A DNA stretch of 64,000 nucleotides, from sequence record MZ475895.1. The stretch is one strand, 5' to 3'. Numbering within the stretch: the stretch's first letter is position 1; the number at the start of each line of letters is the position of its first letter. Below the pieces are notes generated by a model. It was not told the origin of the DNA. It searched no databases and saw only the letters and a list, made by a program, of their open reading frames with translations. Position numbers and translations under genes: made by a program. Positions 1 through 9,520 of the stretch are shown piece by piece.

Positions 1-415
1 CAGCCTGAGTAGGATTGCGTACACCACCACCAATAACAAGACCGTTGTACGTCGGGTTTAGGGACGCACCAAGCGGCATTGCATCAACGCCTTGCGTGAA
101 GAAGCGATAGTCCAGCGTCTTCTTGCGAGGTACGGTGAAGATACGAGAAGCTGAATGAACCAGCATCCAGTTGTCACCGTCTTTGTAATAGACGACTACA
201 GGCTGGGTTGTTGTCTCATCAACAGTGATAGTTGCCTTGAGGGATAGTGCATACACAGAACCCGTTGGCGTAATGTCCATCTGAGATGTGTTGTTGCTAA
301 ACGTACCACCAGCAACACGAAACGTCAGGACGTCGGTATGACCAGAAATCGTTACGCTATCTGACCACGTAACTGGACCGCTGGCCTGCTCGACTACAGG
401 AATCAATTCAGCCAT
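1..415 (-). CDS. Partial ORF running off the window start; probable virion/tail-associated protein (MAELIPVVEQASGPVTWSDSV...)
   Basis: Manually translated open frame from ATG at 415 with RBS GAGGA, open to position 1; beta-rich; lies in the tail module. Confidence 0.65.
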   Translation of the reverse strand, partial: MAELIPVVEQASGPVTWSDSVTISGHTDVLTFRVAGGTFSNNTSQMDITPTGSVYALSLKATITVDETTTQPVVVYYKDGDNWMLVHSASRIFTVPRKKTLDYRFFTQGVDAMPLGASLNPTYNGLVIGGGVRNPTQA

Positions 416-440
416 TGCTTTTCCTCACGATGTAGAAACT

Positions 441-463
441 AAAAAGGGCGGCCGAAGCCACCC
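441..463 (-). terminator. Intrinsic terminator GGGUGGC-UUCG-GCCGCCC-UUUUU
   Basis: 7-bp stem with a G.U pair, cUUCGg loop and U tract right after the 478..1650 stop. Confidence 0.85.
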
Positions 464-477
464 TGTGAGGAATAGGC

Positions 478-1650
478 TTAGGCGCCTGAAGTTGGAGCTG
501 GGTCTGCCGCTTTGTAGCCACGCAGGAAGAAGACACGCATACCGGTGTTGTTCGGACTGTTAGCAGTCAGAGCTTTATAGGTACGCTTCTTCGGCGTAGT
601 GCCATCGCTTTCCATCTCGTTGTACACCTGCACGTCGAGGTCGGTACCGTTCGATACAACGTCAGCAGACGCGTAACCAACAATATCCATCTCGTACGGG
701 TAGCTGTAGCGCTGCGTGTTGAAGCCAGCAGGCAGACGGAAGTCGAAGTGGTTATCCTCAGAGAATGGAACCATCTGATATGGGTTGATAACCGCTGAGC
801 AGTCAGCACTGTGCAGATGCGCAGGAGCTGGAGCAGTCGGCGCATTCACATCAGATTCACGCACGGTAAAGCGCATGAGCTGGTACGAACCTGGGCTGTA
901 CGTGATAGGACGCACTTCGGTGTTGTTATCCGCAGCGCCGCCACCGTTAACGGTGAACATACAGAACAGAGGAGCTTTACCATCGACAACCACAGTACCA
1001 TCGCTGTTGATAGCACGCTGAACAACGAACCACGCAGCACGGCAGCCATCAGAGTCATGGCCTTCTGCCTGAATGTGAACAGCGAAGCCGTGCTCAGTCA
1101 GAGAGATGTGGTAAGTGAACGGCGTAGCTTCTGGGTCAGCGAAGATCAGACTGTCTGGGTTAGTCTGAGTTGGCGTGGTAACGTTCTGTGGGAACGCCAT
1201 AGTGCCGCTGTAGTACACGCTGTTTTGGTTAGCACCAGCAATACCACGATGCCAGAAGCATACTTCGGTATCACCAGTTGCACCCTGAGTACCAGTGAAG
1301 CGAGCACCAATCTGACCTGAATACTCAGGCATAGAGTTGGAGGTGGTACCAGTAGTGCCTGTCTTAGACACAGTGCCCGTGTCAGAGATCTGCGTAGGCG
1401 AAGCAACATAAAGCTGCGTGCGCTTATCAGTTCCCTTCATGGCCACACGCCATTTCTGCGTAGCAGCCAGCGGATCAATGGTATCAGTCGCTTCGATTAC
1501 GAAGGACGACAGGTCGGTAGAAGGCACAGTGGTTGCTGCCGTACCGTTGAAGCTGATCAGCTTAAAGCCATTAGCCAACAAATCATTCAGAATGTCTTTC
1601 CACATCTTCAGGTTGTTGGTGTAGCCTGATTTAACAATCAGTTTGTTCAT
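478..1650 (-). CDS. Virion structural protein (tail/hair-associated), paralog of 1669..2655
   Basis: 390 aa; shares FxVIEAxxxxDPLxxxQKW, TEHGFAVHIQAEG, AWFVVQR, PLFCMF, INPYQ and YxYxxxMDxxGYxSADV blocks with the neighbour; tail-module context. Confidence 0.6.
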   Translation of the reverse strand: MNKLIVKSGYTNNLKMWKDILNDLLANGFKLISFNGTAATTVPSTDLSSFVIEATDTIDPLAATQKWRVAMKGTDKRTQLYVASPTQISDTGTVSKTGTTGTTSNSMPEYSGQIGARFTGTQGATGDTEVCFWHRGIAGANQNSVYYSGTMAFPQNVTTPTQTNPDSLIFADPEATPFTYHISLTEHGFAVHIQAEGHDSDGCRAAWFVVQRAINSDGTVVVDGKAPLFCMFTVNGGGAADNNTEVRPITYSPGSYQLMRFTVRESDVNAPTAPAPAHLHSADCSAVINPYQMVPFSEDNHFDFRLPAGFNTQRYSYPYEMDIVGYASADVVSNGTDLDVQVYNEMESDGTTPKKRTYKALTANSPNNTGMRVFFLRGYKAADPAPTSGA

Positions 1651-1668
1651 GTTTCAAATCCCCTAAGA

Positions 1669-2655
1669 TTAAGCTGAATCGCCGGCAGCAACAGGAAGCA
1701 TCAGACGCATACCACGGTTGTCTTTACCGTTAGCGTTCATACCCTGATACACGGTCTTATCAGCAGCTTTCAGCGGGTTCAGTTGCACCTGAGAGCCAGA
1801 AGACAGCACGTCGGCAGAGGTGTAGCCCAGCATGTCCAGTGTAGCGAAGTACACGTAACGCTGAGTGTTAATCATCTGCGGGAACAGCACGATAGCGCGG
1901 TTACCTTCGGCAATCATAACCTGTTGCATTGGGTTGATGATTGGGCCGCAGTCAGCGCTTGCCTGTACAGCAGACACAGGAACGGTAGCAGCATAGATGC
2001 CGTTCTCGATAACAACGTAGCGCTGAATCGATTCAGGCTTCAATGTATCAGGGTCGCCTGCCAGACCACCGCCACATGAGAACACAGCGAACAACGGACT
2101 CTGGTCACCAGGCTTAGTGTCGCCTTCCTGAACGCCGCGCTGAACAACGAACCACGAGAACGCAGTACCGGTGTTGTCGAAGCCTTCTGCATTCACATGC
2201 AGTGCTACGCCGTGGTCAGTAACAACCAGATCGTAGGTCAGTGGGTAAGCGGTAATATCAGCAGCCGCATCCATCTTCCAGTCAGCAATCTGATCGATGA
2301 AGAAGCTGGTCAGCAAACCAGACTTAGCCATACGACCGACCTGAACTGTAGCAGAACGCATAGCAGCAGTGTAGTCTTCGGCATCAACCTGAAGATCAGG
2401 CAGGACGTTGACCGACATCTGTTTGTTTGCGTTATCAGCGGTCAGGATGATGCCCCACTTCTGAGAGGTATACAGCGGGTCTACTGACGCACTAGCCAGC
2501 AGATAGAACGACTTGCCGGTAGGGGTGACAGTAGTGCCAGCCTTACCATCGACAGCGACCAGGGCAAAGCCTGACGTGATCAATTTAGCAACCAAGTCAC
2601 GGGTCAGTGCTTCCAGACCGATGAGCTTAGTCACATTAGTGTGTTGAATTGCCAT
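1669..2655 (-). CDS. Virion structural protein (tail/hair-associated), paralog of 478..1650
   Basis: 328 aa; same conserved blocks (DPLYTSQKW, TDHGVALHVNAEG, SWFVVQR, MLGYTSADV, NxxDNRGMR). Confidence 0.6.
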   Translation of the reverse strand: MAIQHTNVTKLIGLEALTRDLVAKLITSGFALVAVDGKAGTTVTPTGKSFYLLASASVDPLYTSQKWGIILTADNANKQMSVNVLPDLQVDAEDYTAAMRSATVQVGRMAKSGLLTSFFIDQIADWKMDAAADITAYPLTYDLVVTDHGVALHVNAEGFDNTGTAFSWFVVQRGVQEGDTKPGDQSPLFAVFSCGGGLAGDPDTLKPESIQRYVVIENGIYAATVPVSAVQASADCGPIINPMQQVMIAEGNRAIVLFPQMINTQRYVYFATLDMLGYTSADVLSSGSQVQLNPLKAADKTVYQGMNANGKDNRGMRLMLPVAAGDSA

Positions 2656-2662
2656 ATGTCAA

Positions 2663-3448
2663 TCACTCCAATACAAGATAGGTGACAGTGAGTTTAGGTT
2701 TTGCAGGGGACGTGCCGATATTCTTCATCCGCCACGAAACAACGTTGGTGTTATCTCGGTTAGCCAAGAAGCTATAACGACGCAGCTTTTTCAAGACAGG
2801 GTTACCGTCAGCATCCTCGTCGTAGAATACGCCATCATCTACCAAGAAATTAGCAGTAGAGCGGAATAAATACGGGTTTCTGTCAGAACGATCAGAGGAT
2901 TCGAACGCAGACAACTCAATGTCGAAAGCATTTGTCTCCACGCGTATGAGCATACACGATTTGTTCATCGTCAGGTCGAAGTCAAGTTGTTGGCCAGGCG
3001 TGAGATACGCACCAGCTTCGAACTCAACAGTTTTACGCACGCCCTGGTTTTCGTTGCCGCTCATATCAACCCACATCATCGTACCGTTAGCACCAGAGGT
3101 GAGGGTCATACCCGCATACTCAGGTTCAGGCACTTGCTTATTGGGATCGATACCAACAACAGTTAAACCAGTTTCATCTACAGCGGTTACGAACGGAGCA
3201 TCAAAACGATAGTTCGATCCTCCGAATTTCGCTTCCTCCCATGTTACGTTGTCTGTACCAAGTTGATACATCTTCTTGGTCTCTGTGACGTAACACAACA
3301 TCCCAGGCTTTTTATTACCTACAGACATTGCGTTACGATCAGCAAGAGTTGGCAGACAGCGCATACCCCCTCGAAGATATTTGTCCTCGAGGAGATATGG
3401 GAGAGCTGTAGATGCAGGCACCAAGAACGAAGTCATGTTGACCGGCAT
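2663..3448 (-). CDS. Virion structural protein / tail-fibre-associated protein
   Basis: 261 aa; N-terminal GGxR...ADRNAM...KPGMLCYVTETKKMYQL segment of a kind common in phage fibre proteins; tail-module context. Confidence 0.5.
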   Translation of the reverse strand: MPVNMTSFLVPASTALPYLLEDKYLRGGMRCLPTLADRNAMSVGNKKPGMLCYVTETKKMYQLGTDNVTWEEAKFGGSNYRFDAPFVTAVDETGLTVVGIDPNKQVPEPEYAGMTLTSGANGTMMWVDMSGNENQGVRKTVEFEAGAYLTPGQQLDFDLTMNKSCMLIRVETNAFDIELSAFESSDRSDRNPYLFRSTANFLVDDGVFYDEDADGNPVLKKLRRYSFLANRDNTNVVSWRMKNIGTSPAKPKLTVTYLVLE

Positions 3449-3460
3449 CTACTTTCTCCT

Positions 3461-6400
3461 TTACGCAGTACCTGAACCTGGGGTAGAAGAACCATAGGTC
3501 AGTTTGAACGTATACGCCAGATTATCAAACGGGAAGTCGTTGCGGTAAACAACATAGTCCACGCCGTTAATCTGAACTTCCGCAGGACCTGCAAAGTTGA
3601 AGTCGTCAAACTCCAACGCGCCATCCCATGAACCAGCAAAGCCCTGTGCAGACTCCACGAAGTAACCGTAACCCAGAGACTTAGGCCACGCAACGTAGAA
3701 GAACACGTTGTTGCTACTTGTACTGGTGTTAGCAGGGCACGTCAGCGTCTGTTGACCGCTAAGCGTCAGCGCATTTTGCAGACCAGAAACGAACTGTGCA
3801 TCGTAGTTCGTAACAGAGGTCACCTTAGTGCGATAGCCGAAGCGAGCACCCAGGTCAGCAACCTGCTCTTTCTTCAACGTCACGTCTTTGGTTGCAGTCT
3901 TGCTTACACCGTTCTTGGTATAAGTCAGAGTGATTGTGACAACAGCATCAGCAGTCACTTTGTCAGACTTGAGCAAGCCGCCTACAACGCTCAGGCCAGT
4001 AGCAGTACCAGACTTAACAGCAACAGACCACACGCTACCGCTATCAGCAGTTACGTCAGGCGTGGTGCCATCAGACATAGTAGCAGTACCAGTGTACTGA
4101 GTGTTCACGCCGCCGATGATTGAATCACTACCAGTGATAGTAACTGAATCAGGCGTTGCTGGTGCAGGCGTGTTCGTTACAGTCAGGTTCGCAGTTTGCG
4201 CTTGGCTGTTATACGAAGCAGTACCAACGATGATCGTCTGTTGTGCGGACGTCACAGTGTTACCAACGATCTTGTCCGTGCCGTTAAACGTAAACGCAGT
4301 AGAGCTACCGCTTGAACGACTAACAACAGGAGTCAGGTCAACCGTGCTACCGCCAGAAAGAGTCAGACGCAGAACATAAGTACCGGTCTCACCTTTGTTG
4401 ACAGCAGTTGGACCCACCAGCTCGCGCTTAGTGATAGTCTCAGCTTGGTTGATAATCTGAATCGTTTTCTCTGGCGTGTATGCTGTACCATCAACAGTGA
4501 CGTTAGCAGCACGCAGCATTGCGGTTTGGTTCTGGCTGATCGTGTTCGCAGGAACATTAACTTTCGTGCGACTTGCGGTCGTACCAGACTGCAACTGAGC
4601 ATACGCAGCACCCTGAGGCAGTGTCCACGTTGGGTTAGTCGCGGTGTATTCTACCACAGTGCCTGACAGACGAGTCACACGCACATAGTATTCACCAGCA
4701 GTACCTCCCTCAGTGATTGAGTCAGGACCCACAATGTCTACAGTGCTTACGGTGTCAGTCGGACCAGTTACAGTGAAGCTAACAGTACCAGTCTTCGTCA
4801 CGCCACCAACAGTTGCAGTAACGTTGATAGTGAACGTCAGACTTCCGTAGAACCCGTTAAGAGCTTTCGTGGTACGAATGCGCCAGCCAGTTGTTCCACC
4901 AGCAACGATCTCGAAATACTGAGCAGTCGCAGCAGGCAAGGTGTAGCTGAGTTCCGCACTTGTGCCTTCACGCGTAGAGTTATCGCTGAACGTCAGAGTG
5001 CTATGCAGGTCCTTCGCAGTCTGTGCAGCATCGTTAAATGCATACGCAGGCGTAGGAGCAGCAGGCTGAACGGACAGCAGACTGATAACAACCACGTTCT
5101 TGATCAACACGGATTTCTGTGCAGTCAAGCCACCAGCAGTCGCACGAATCAATGCAGTGCTATCCTGAGTTACTTCGCCAGCAGTCAACACACCCGTTTG
5201 AGCGATTGATGCGAACGCGCTACCCTGAATAACTGACCACGTAGGTGAGGCCACCTGAACTTCACTTCCATCACTGTAGATTGACCATGCAGTGTATGGG
5301 CTGGTGGAGTTCTCGTTCATCTGGTCTGCGCCACGCACTTCCAGACTAACAACAGTCGGTGGGTTACCAACGATTGATACAGGCAGCGTTGCAGTCTTCG
5401 TAATACCGTTTTCAGTATACGAGGCGTAGATGGTCACGCTGGACGTAGCGACAGGAACAGCACCAACAGTCAACGTTGAGTTATCGAATGTAGCGTACTG
5501 GTTAGTCGCTTGCAGACGGAACTCATTCGGGCTAACTGTTTCGGTATGACCATCAGAGTAAGTAGCAAGTACGGTGTAACCCGTCTGCGTCTTCTCCTGC
5601 ACGGATGATGGACCGATAATCTGAATCTTCGTCAGGTCAACAACAGGCACCACATTGACGACAGTCAGATTGAGCGTAGCGTTGACCGTGTGCGTACCTT
5701 CTTTATAAGAAGCGGACAGCACGACAGGAACGTCAGCAGTCACAGTACCAGCAGTAACGGTCTTGTTGACGATGGTCACAATATCCAGACGGTCAGCAGT
5801 AAACGTCAGAGGGTCAACGGTACGCGTGTGGCCATCAGAGTAAGTAGCGAGGAACGTGTAGTTCGCGCTCTCACCGCTGCGAATCGTGTTCGCACCCTGA
5901 ATCGCCAGAGCAGTAACGAAGATCTCTTCTGCTTCATGGATGATTGTGATAGGCTTGGTGCCTGTAATCGTCTGCGAGCCTGACGTGTAACTTGCATTCA
6001 GCGTAACAGCGCGATCTTGTGCTGTCTCTTTGCGTGCAGTAACGACATTAGCATCGATAGCGGTGTAGGTAGCAGGAGACGCTGTGAATGAATTGGCGGT
6101 TACCATTTCAGTGTCACCGTTCGACCAAGTTACCTTGAACGTGTACGAGGCAGAAGCCTGTGACGCGATGGTATCTTGTCCGAGAATCTCCAGCTTAGTC
6201 ATCACCTGCGCCTTGACTGTTACGTCTTTGGTCGCTGTGAAATCTACGCCGTTATAGGTGTACGTTGCAGTCAGAGTAGAAACGGTATCAGTCGCAACTT
6301 TCTGTGCGGTACCCACCAGACCAACAAGCGACAGCACATCCGTTTTAGATGAGGTGAAGTTATTAGGCTGGACAGTTGCAACAGCGCCTGACTTATAGCG

Positions 6401-7474
6401 AGCAGTCACGCTGTAGGTTTCTTTCTGCTTGTACAACAGGCTGCTAGAACCAATGATGGCGATAGATACCAGCTCATCATTTGGGATGAATGCGTTCTTA
6501 ATCAGCAGGTCGTAAGTAGCTGTTACCGTATTGCCGTACACAGGGTCAATCTTGGTCGCAGTCACTTTGAGAACTACGTCAGCAGACAAATCAGGAGCGG
6601 TAACAGTACCGTCTTCTGAGATAGTCACACCGATAACGTTCTCTTGAATCGTCCACACAACGCCAGTAGGATTGTGCTCGATACGGTCAGACCATTCAGC
6701 GTCGATAGCCAGCTTAACGCTAGAGTTATCTGACATGTACGAAGCTGAACCAGGCAGGCTGATACGCAGATTCATTAAGTGAGGAGATTCCCACTCAACG
6801 TTGTCTGACACAGGCTTGATCCACTTACCAATGTATTTGTTCGCATTGGCTGGGTCCTGATCAACGATTGCCAGAACGTAGCCAGGCTGCGGCTGATTCG
6901 AAGAAGCTACCTCAACAAACGCTGAGGAGTTAAGACGAATCATCGTGCGAGGATAGTCTGGATGATCGTGATTGGTCGGATAGCGTGGGTCTGACATACG
7001 TGGGTCAGAGCCAGATACCGCAATAGGGTCTTCTGCATCAGCAGGGTCCGTCTTCGTCTGCACACTACCGATACGATTCGTAGTAGCGTGAGGGATTTCG
7101 AGATCCCCTTCTTCGATGCCCAGGTCACCAGCATTCTCCACAACGCGGCGGAAGAACTGCTTAGAGTTAAACAGCGAAGCGTAGTCAGGAACGGACACCC
7201 AAGAACCACGGTGATTGCCGTCAGACACATGGCTGGTGCGGCGCAGCACATACTGATACTGTGGGCTGCCTGAGTTAGCATCAATCCAAATCAGATTGTA
7301 TGGCTTCTCAGAGAATGACGGCTCTGTCAGCGACACTACAACTTGATACACATCGGTCTGATCGTTCGCATTGGGACGAAACAGGAACGTGATTGGGTTG
7401 CGTGGAGTCAGGCCGCGAGTACGGGCCAAAGCGATGTACTGCTTGGCGAATCCGTCAATGGTGGTCACACTCAT
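3461..7474 (-). CDS. Large Ig-like-repeat fibre protein (tail fibre / hair / adhesin)
   Basis: 1337 aa; about ten ~95-aa repeats (xLxIxGxxxI...YxxxAxYSDG...VTLxASYT...TATxxVTI); N-module shared with 7471..8103 and 8114..8752; C-module shared with 8788..9474. Confidence 0.75.
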   Translation of the reverse strand: MSVTTIDGFAKQYIALARTRGLTPRNPITFLFRPNANDQTDVYQVVVSLTEPSFSEKPYNLIWIDANSGSPQYQYVLRRTSHVSDGNHRGSWVSVPDYASLFNSKQFFRRVVENAGDLGIEEGDLEIPHATTNRIGSVQTKTDPADAEDPIAVSGSDPRMSDPRYPTNHDHPDYPRTMIRLNSSAFVEVASSNQPQPGYVLAIVDQDPANANKYIGKWIKPVSDNVEWESPHLMNLRISLPGSASYMSDNSSVKLAIDAEWSDRIEHNPTGVVWTIQENVIGVTISEDGTVTAPDLSADVVLKVTATKIDPVYGNTVTATYDLLIKNAFIPNDELVSIAIIGSSSLLYKQKETYSVTARYKSGAVATVQPNNFTSSKTDVLSLVGLVGTAQKVATDTVSTLTATYTYNGVDFTATKDVTVKAQVMTKLEILGQDTIASQASASYTFKVTWSNGDTEMVTANSFTASPATYTAIDANVVTARKETAQDRAVTLNASYTSGSQTITGTKPITIIHEAEEIFVTALAIQGANTIRSGESANYTFLATYSDGHTRTVDPLTFTADRLDIVTIVNKTVTAGTVTADVPVVLSASYKEGTHTVNATLNLTVVNVVPVVDLTKIQIIGPSSVQEKTQTGYTVLATYSDGHTETVSPNEFRLQATNQYATFDNSTLTVGAVPVATSSVTIYASYTENGITKTATLPVSIVGNPPTVVSLEVRGADQMNENSTSPYTAWSIYSDGSEVQVASPTWSVIQGSAFASIAQTGVLTAGEVTQDSTALIRATAGGLTAQKSVLIKNVVVISLLSVQPAAPTPAYAFNDAAQTAKDLHSTLTFSDNSTREGTSAELSYTLPAATAQYFEIVAGGTTGWRIRTTKALNGFYGSLTFTINVTATVGGVTKTGTVSFTVTGPTDTVSTVDIVGPDSITEGGTAGEYYVRVTRLSGTVVEYTATNPTWTLPQGAAYAQLQSGTTASRTKVNVPANTISQNQTAMLRAANVTVDGTAYTPEKTIQIINQAETITKRELVGPTAVNKGETGTYVLRLTLSGGSTVDLTPVVSRSSGSSTAFTFNGTDKIVGNTVTSAQQTIIVGTASYNSQAQTANLTVTNTPAPATPDSVTITGSDSIIGGVNTQYTGTATMSDGTTPDVTADSGSVWSVAVKSGTATGLSVVGGLLKSDKVTADAVVTITLTYTKNGVSKTATKDVTLKKEQVADLGARFGYRTKVTSVTNYDAQFVSGLQNALTLSGQQTLTCPANTSTSSNNVFFYVAWPKSLGYGYFVESAQGFAGSWDGALEFDDFNFAGPAEVQINGVDYVVYRNDFPFDNLAYTFKLTYGSSTPGSGTA

Positions 7475-8103
7475 GCTTTTTTCTCCAGAATATCGGTCGC
7501 AAGCAATTGACCATATGAAGCCTTAACTGTCGAATCAGCAACAAACGTAGAACCATTCTGACCGACGGTAGCATCCATGTTGACTTTATCCTGCACGGTC
7601 TTCACTTCGACCAGAGGCTTCTCTGGGTGCATCTCATCGTGAGGCAGCGGTGTACGCTTGTCAGTATTGCGTGGGTCAGATACAGCAACAAACGTTGGAC
7701 GACCAACAGAAGCAGGCTCAGTTGTGAGACGAGCAATACCATACTCATCCACAGCAGCATTAGGAATATCTGCGCCGCCTTCAAGGTCAGCCGGATCGTA
7801 ATACTGCGGTGCCCAGAACGAGTTGAAGTTCTTCACTTCTTCCCAAGTGTTCTGATAGCCACCAGACGGTTGCTTGTTCTTACGCGCAATGAACTTGCGG
7901 TAGAAGGCGCTGTTAACATCCATGCACAACCAGACGACATTCATCGGCAACACAACGCCAACAGGCTCTTGCGATGCAACAATGTGCGTGCAGCTAATGT
8001 TGAGTGTCGGGTTAATCTGGCGCACGATTTGGTCTTTCGTCGTATCGTCAGCGAAACCAGTAACGGCCAACAGAGCAGCGGCCAGATCATTCAGTGTAGT
8101 CAT
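7471..8103 (-). CDS. Fibre N-module paralog (start reassigned to MTTLNDL at 8103)
   Basis: GGAG RBS before ATG 8103 removes the overlap with the upstream gene; VWLCMD...W...FNS...DPRNTDKRTPLPHDEMHPEKP motif. Confidence 0.65.
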   Translation of the reverse strand: MTTLNDLAAALLAVTGFADDTTKDQIVRQINPTLNISCTHIVASQEPVGVVLPMNVVWLCMDVNSAFYRKFIARKNKQPSGGYQNTWEEVKNFNSFWAPQYYDPADLEGGADIPNAAVDEYGIARLTTEPASVGRPTFVAVSDPRNTDKRTPLPHDEMHPEKPLVEVKTVQDKVNMDATVGQNGSTFVADSTVKASYGQLLATDILEKKA

Positions 8104-8113
8104 AACCGCTCCA

Positions 8114-8752
8114 TTAGTTGGAAGGTGAGGCGAGTTCGGACTCACGTACTTTACGCCATTGAAGCGTGTTGTCTTCAAGCACCATAATCTGGTTAACTTG
8201 AGGTACGTTCTGGTCCTTAATCGGAACAAACTCTTCGCCGTAGCTACCGTTGATACTGATCATGGTGGCAGGCTTCTCGGGGTGCGTGTGATCTTTCGGG
8301 TCACGGTTATTCGTCAGTGTTTCATCACCTTCGAGGATAACACGAGATTCAGCTTCTGGATAAGACAGATAGCCGACACCACGAGTAAGAGAAGTGGCCA
8401 GAGGAGGCAGCGACTGATTAATGACTTTGAGATCATCTGGGTCATATTGCTGGTCAGTCATCGCATCTTCATAGAAGTACAGCTGGGTCCATACGTCTTT
8501 GTACGGATCGATTGGGTCTTTCACTGTACGCTTGAAAGCAGTACGGAAAGTGGAAGACTCTGGGTCCAAGTCAATCCAGATACCATTGACAGGCAGGACC
8601 ACATAACGCGGAATCGCATACGAGCAGTAGAACAACAGACCTAACTGCGAACCGTCTTTGGGCAGACGAAACATGATTGGGTTTTTGTTCTGCTGGTGGA
8701 TATTCGTAAGCAACTCAACGTTACTGATGAACTGTTCAAGTTTCAGTTCCAT
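8114..8752 (-). CDS. Fibre N-module paralog
   Basis: 212 aa; NPIMFRLP, IWIDLDPES, NNRDPKDHTHPEKP match NPITFLFRP, IWIDANSGS, DPRYPTNHDHPDYP of the 1337-aa protein. Confidence 0.65.
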   Translation of the reverse strand: MELKLEQFISNVELLTNIHQQNKNPIMFRLPKDGSQLGLLFYCSYAIPRYVVLPVNGIWIDLDPESSTFRTAFKRTVKDPIDPYKDVWTQLYFYEDAMTDQQYDPDDLKVINQSLPPLATSLTRGVGYLSYPEAESRVILEGDETLTNNRDPKDHTHPEKPATMISINGSYGEEFVPIKDQNVPQVNQIMVLEDNTLQWRKVRESELASPSN

Positions 8753-8782
8753 TGTGTTCTCCGTGTAACCATAAGCGGTGAT

Positions 8783-8791
8783 TAAAATTAT
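8783..8791 (-). promoter_or_regulatory. Candidate late-type motif ATAATTTTA
   Basis: 31 nt upstream of the 8752 start; overlaps the upstream stop codon. Confidence 0.3.
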
Positions 8792-9474
8792 ACAGGGTCG
8801 CCGGACTTGTTGCTGGTACTGCCGTATTTAATACGGAATACATAATCGAGGCTGTCGAATGGGAAGTCGTTACGATAAACGACATAATCATAACCGCCTA
8901 AAGATACTTCGGCTGCACCTTCAAAGTTGAAGTCGTCAAACTCCATTGCACCATCCCACGAGCCTGTAAAGCCTTGCGCTGTCTCTTGGAAGAATCCATA
9001 CATGAGACGCTTAGGCCAAGCAACATAGAAGAAGCGTTTGTTGTCAGACGTCGATTCATCTGGAGGGCACGTAATGAGCTGGTCGCCTGTCTCTGTGAGA
9101 GTAGCGAGCGTAAGCGATCGGAAGAATGCGTCATCGTAATCGGTAAGCGACATAACTTTGTCATGAATACCAAAGCGAGGTCCGTACTCACCGCTGAACG
9201 GAACGGAGACATGCACCGTGTTTGAGACACGCAGCGGCGTATCTGTATTGCCATACACCTTAGCAGTCAATCGATGTTCGCCCGTATCAAGAGTCAGGTC
9301 AGGCGCATCCAGACGAACAGTTCCTGTGCGTGAATACAGGACCTTACCGTTCTGATCTTCGATTGTTGTTTTGGTGACGCCCGTAGTGTTGTCATTAGAA
9401 ATGGTGGACTGCATAGTATACGCACGAGGAAGCGCGATATAGTCCATGCTGTTACCAACGGCCAAAATGAACAT
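8788..9474 (-). CDS. Virion protein carrying the C-terminal module of the large Ig-repeat fibre
   Basis: 228 aa; FFYVAWPK...QGFxGSWDGAxEFDDFNF...DYVVYRNDFPFD nearly identical to the end of 3461..7474. Confidence 0.7.
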   Translation of the reverse strand: MFILAVGNSMDYIALPRAYTMQSTISNDNTTGVTKTTIEDQNGKVLYSRTGTVRLDAPDLTLDTGEHRLTAKVYGNTDTPLRVSNTVHVSVPFSGEYGPRFGIHDKVMSLTDYDDAFFRSLTLATLTETGDQLITCPPDESTSDNKRFFYVAWPKRLMYGFFQETAQGFTGSWDGAMEFDDFNFEGAAEVSLGGYDYVVYRNDFPFDSLDYVFRIKYGSTSNKSGDPV

Positions 9475-9490
9475 ATGACCTCACAATACG

Positions 9491-9516
9491 AAAAAGGAGG
9501 ACCGAAGCCCTCCCTT
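9491..9516 (-). terminator. Intrinsic terminator after the tail sheath gene
   Basis: GGGAGGGC-UUCG-GUCCUCC-UUUUU. Confidence 0.85.
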
Positions 9517-9520
9517 ATGA

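Noticed and set aside
7471-8229. Extended N-termini in the ORF track (7471..8229, 12364..13266, 13410..14078, 33134..33961, 33984..35180, 36255..37595, 44463..45215, 45067..45795, 46018..46401, 49889..50383)
   Set aside because: They overlap upstream genes, terminators or promoter motifs; downstream ATGs have better RBSs and restore the family N-termini
3487-9040. Duplicated fibre C-terminal DNA as a diversity-generating retroelement TR/VR pair
   Set aside because: Differences are mostly synonymous and involve all four bases rather than adenines only; both copies are in-frame coding; no reverse transcriptase in the window
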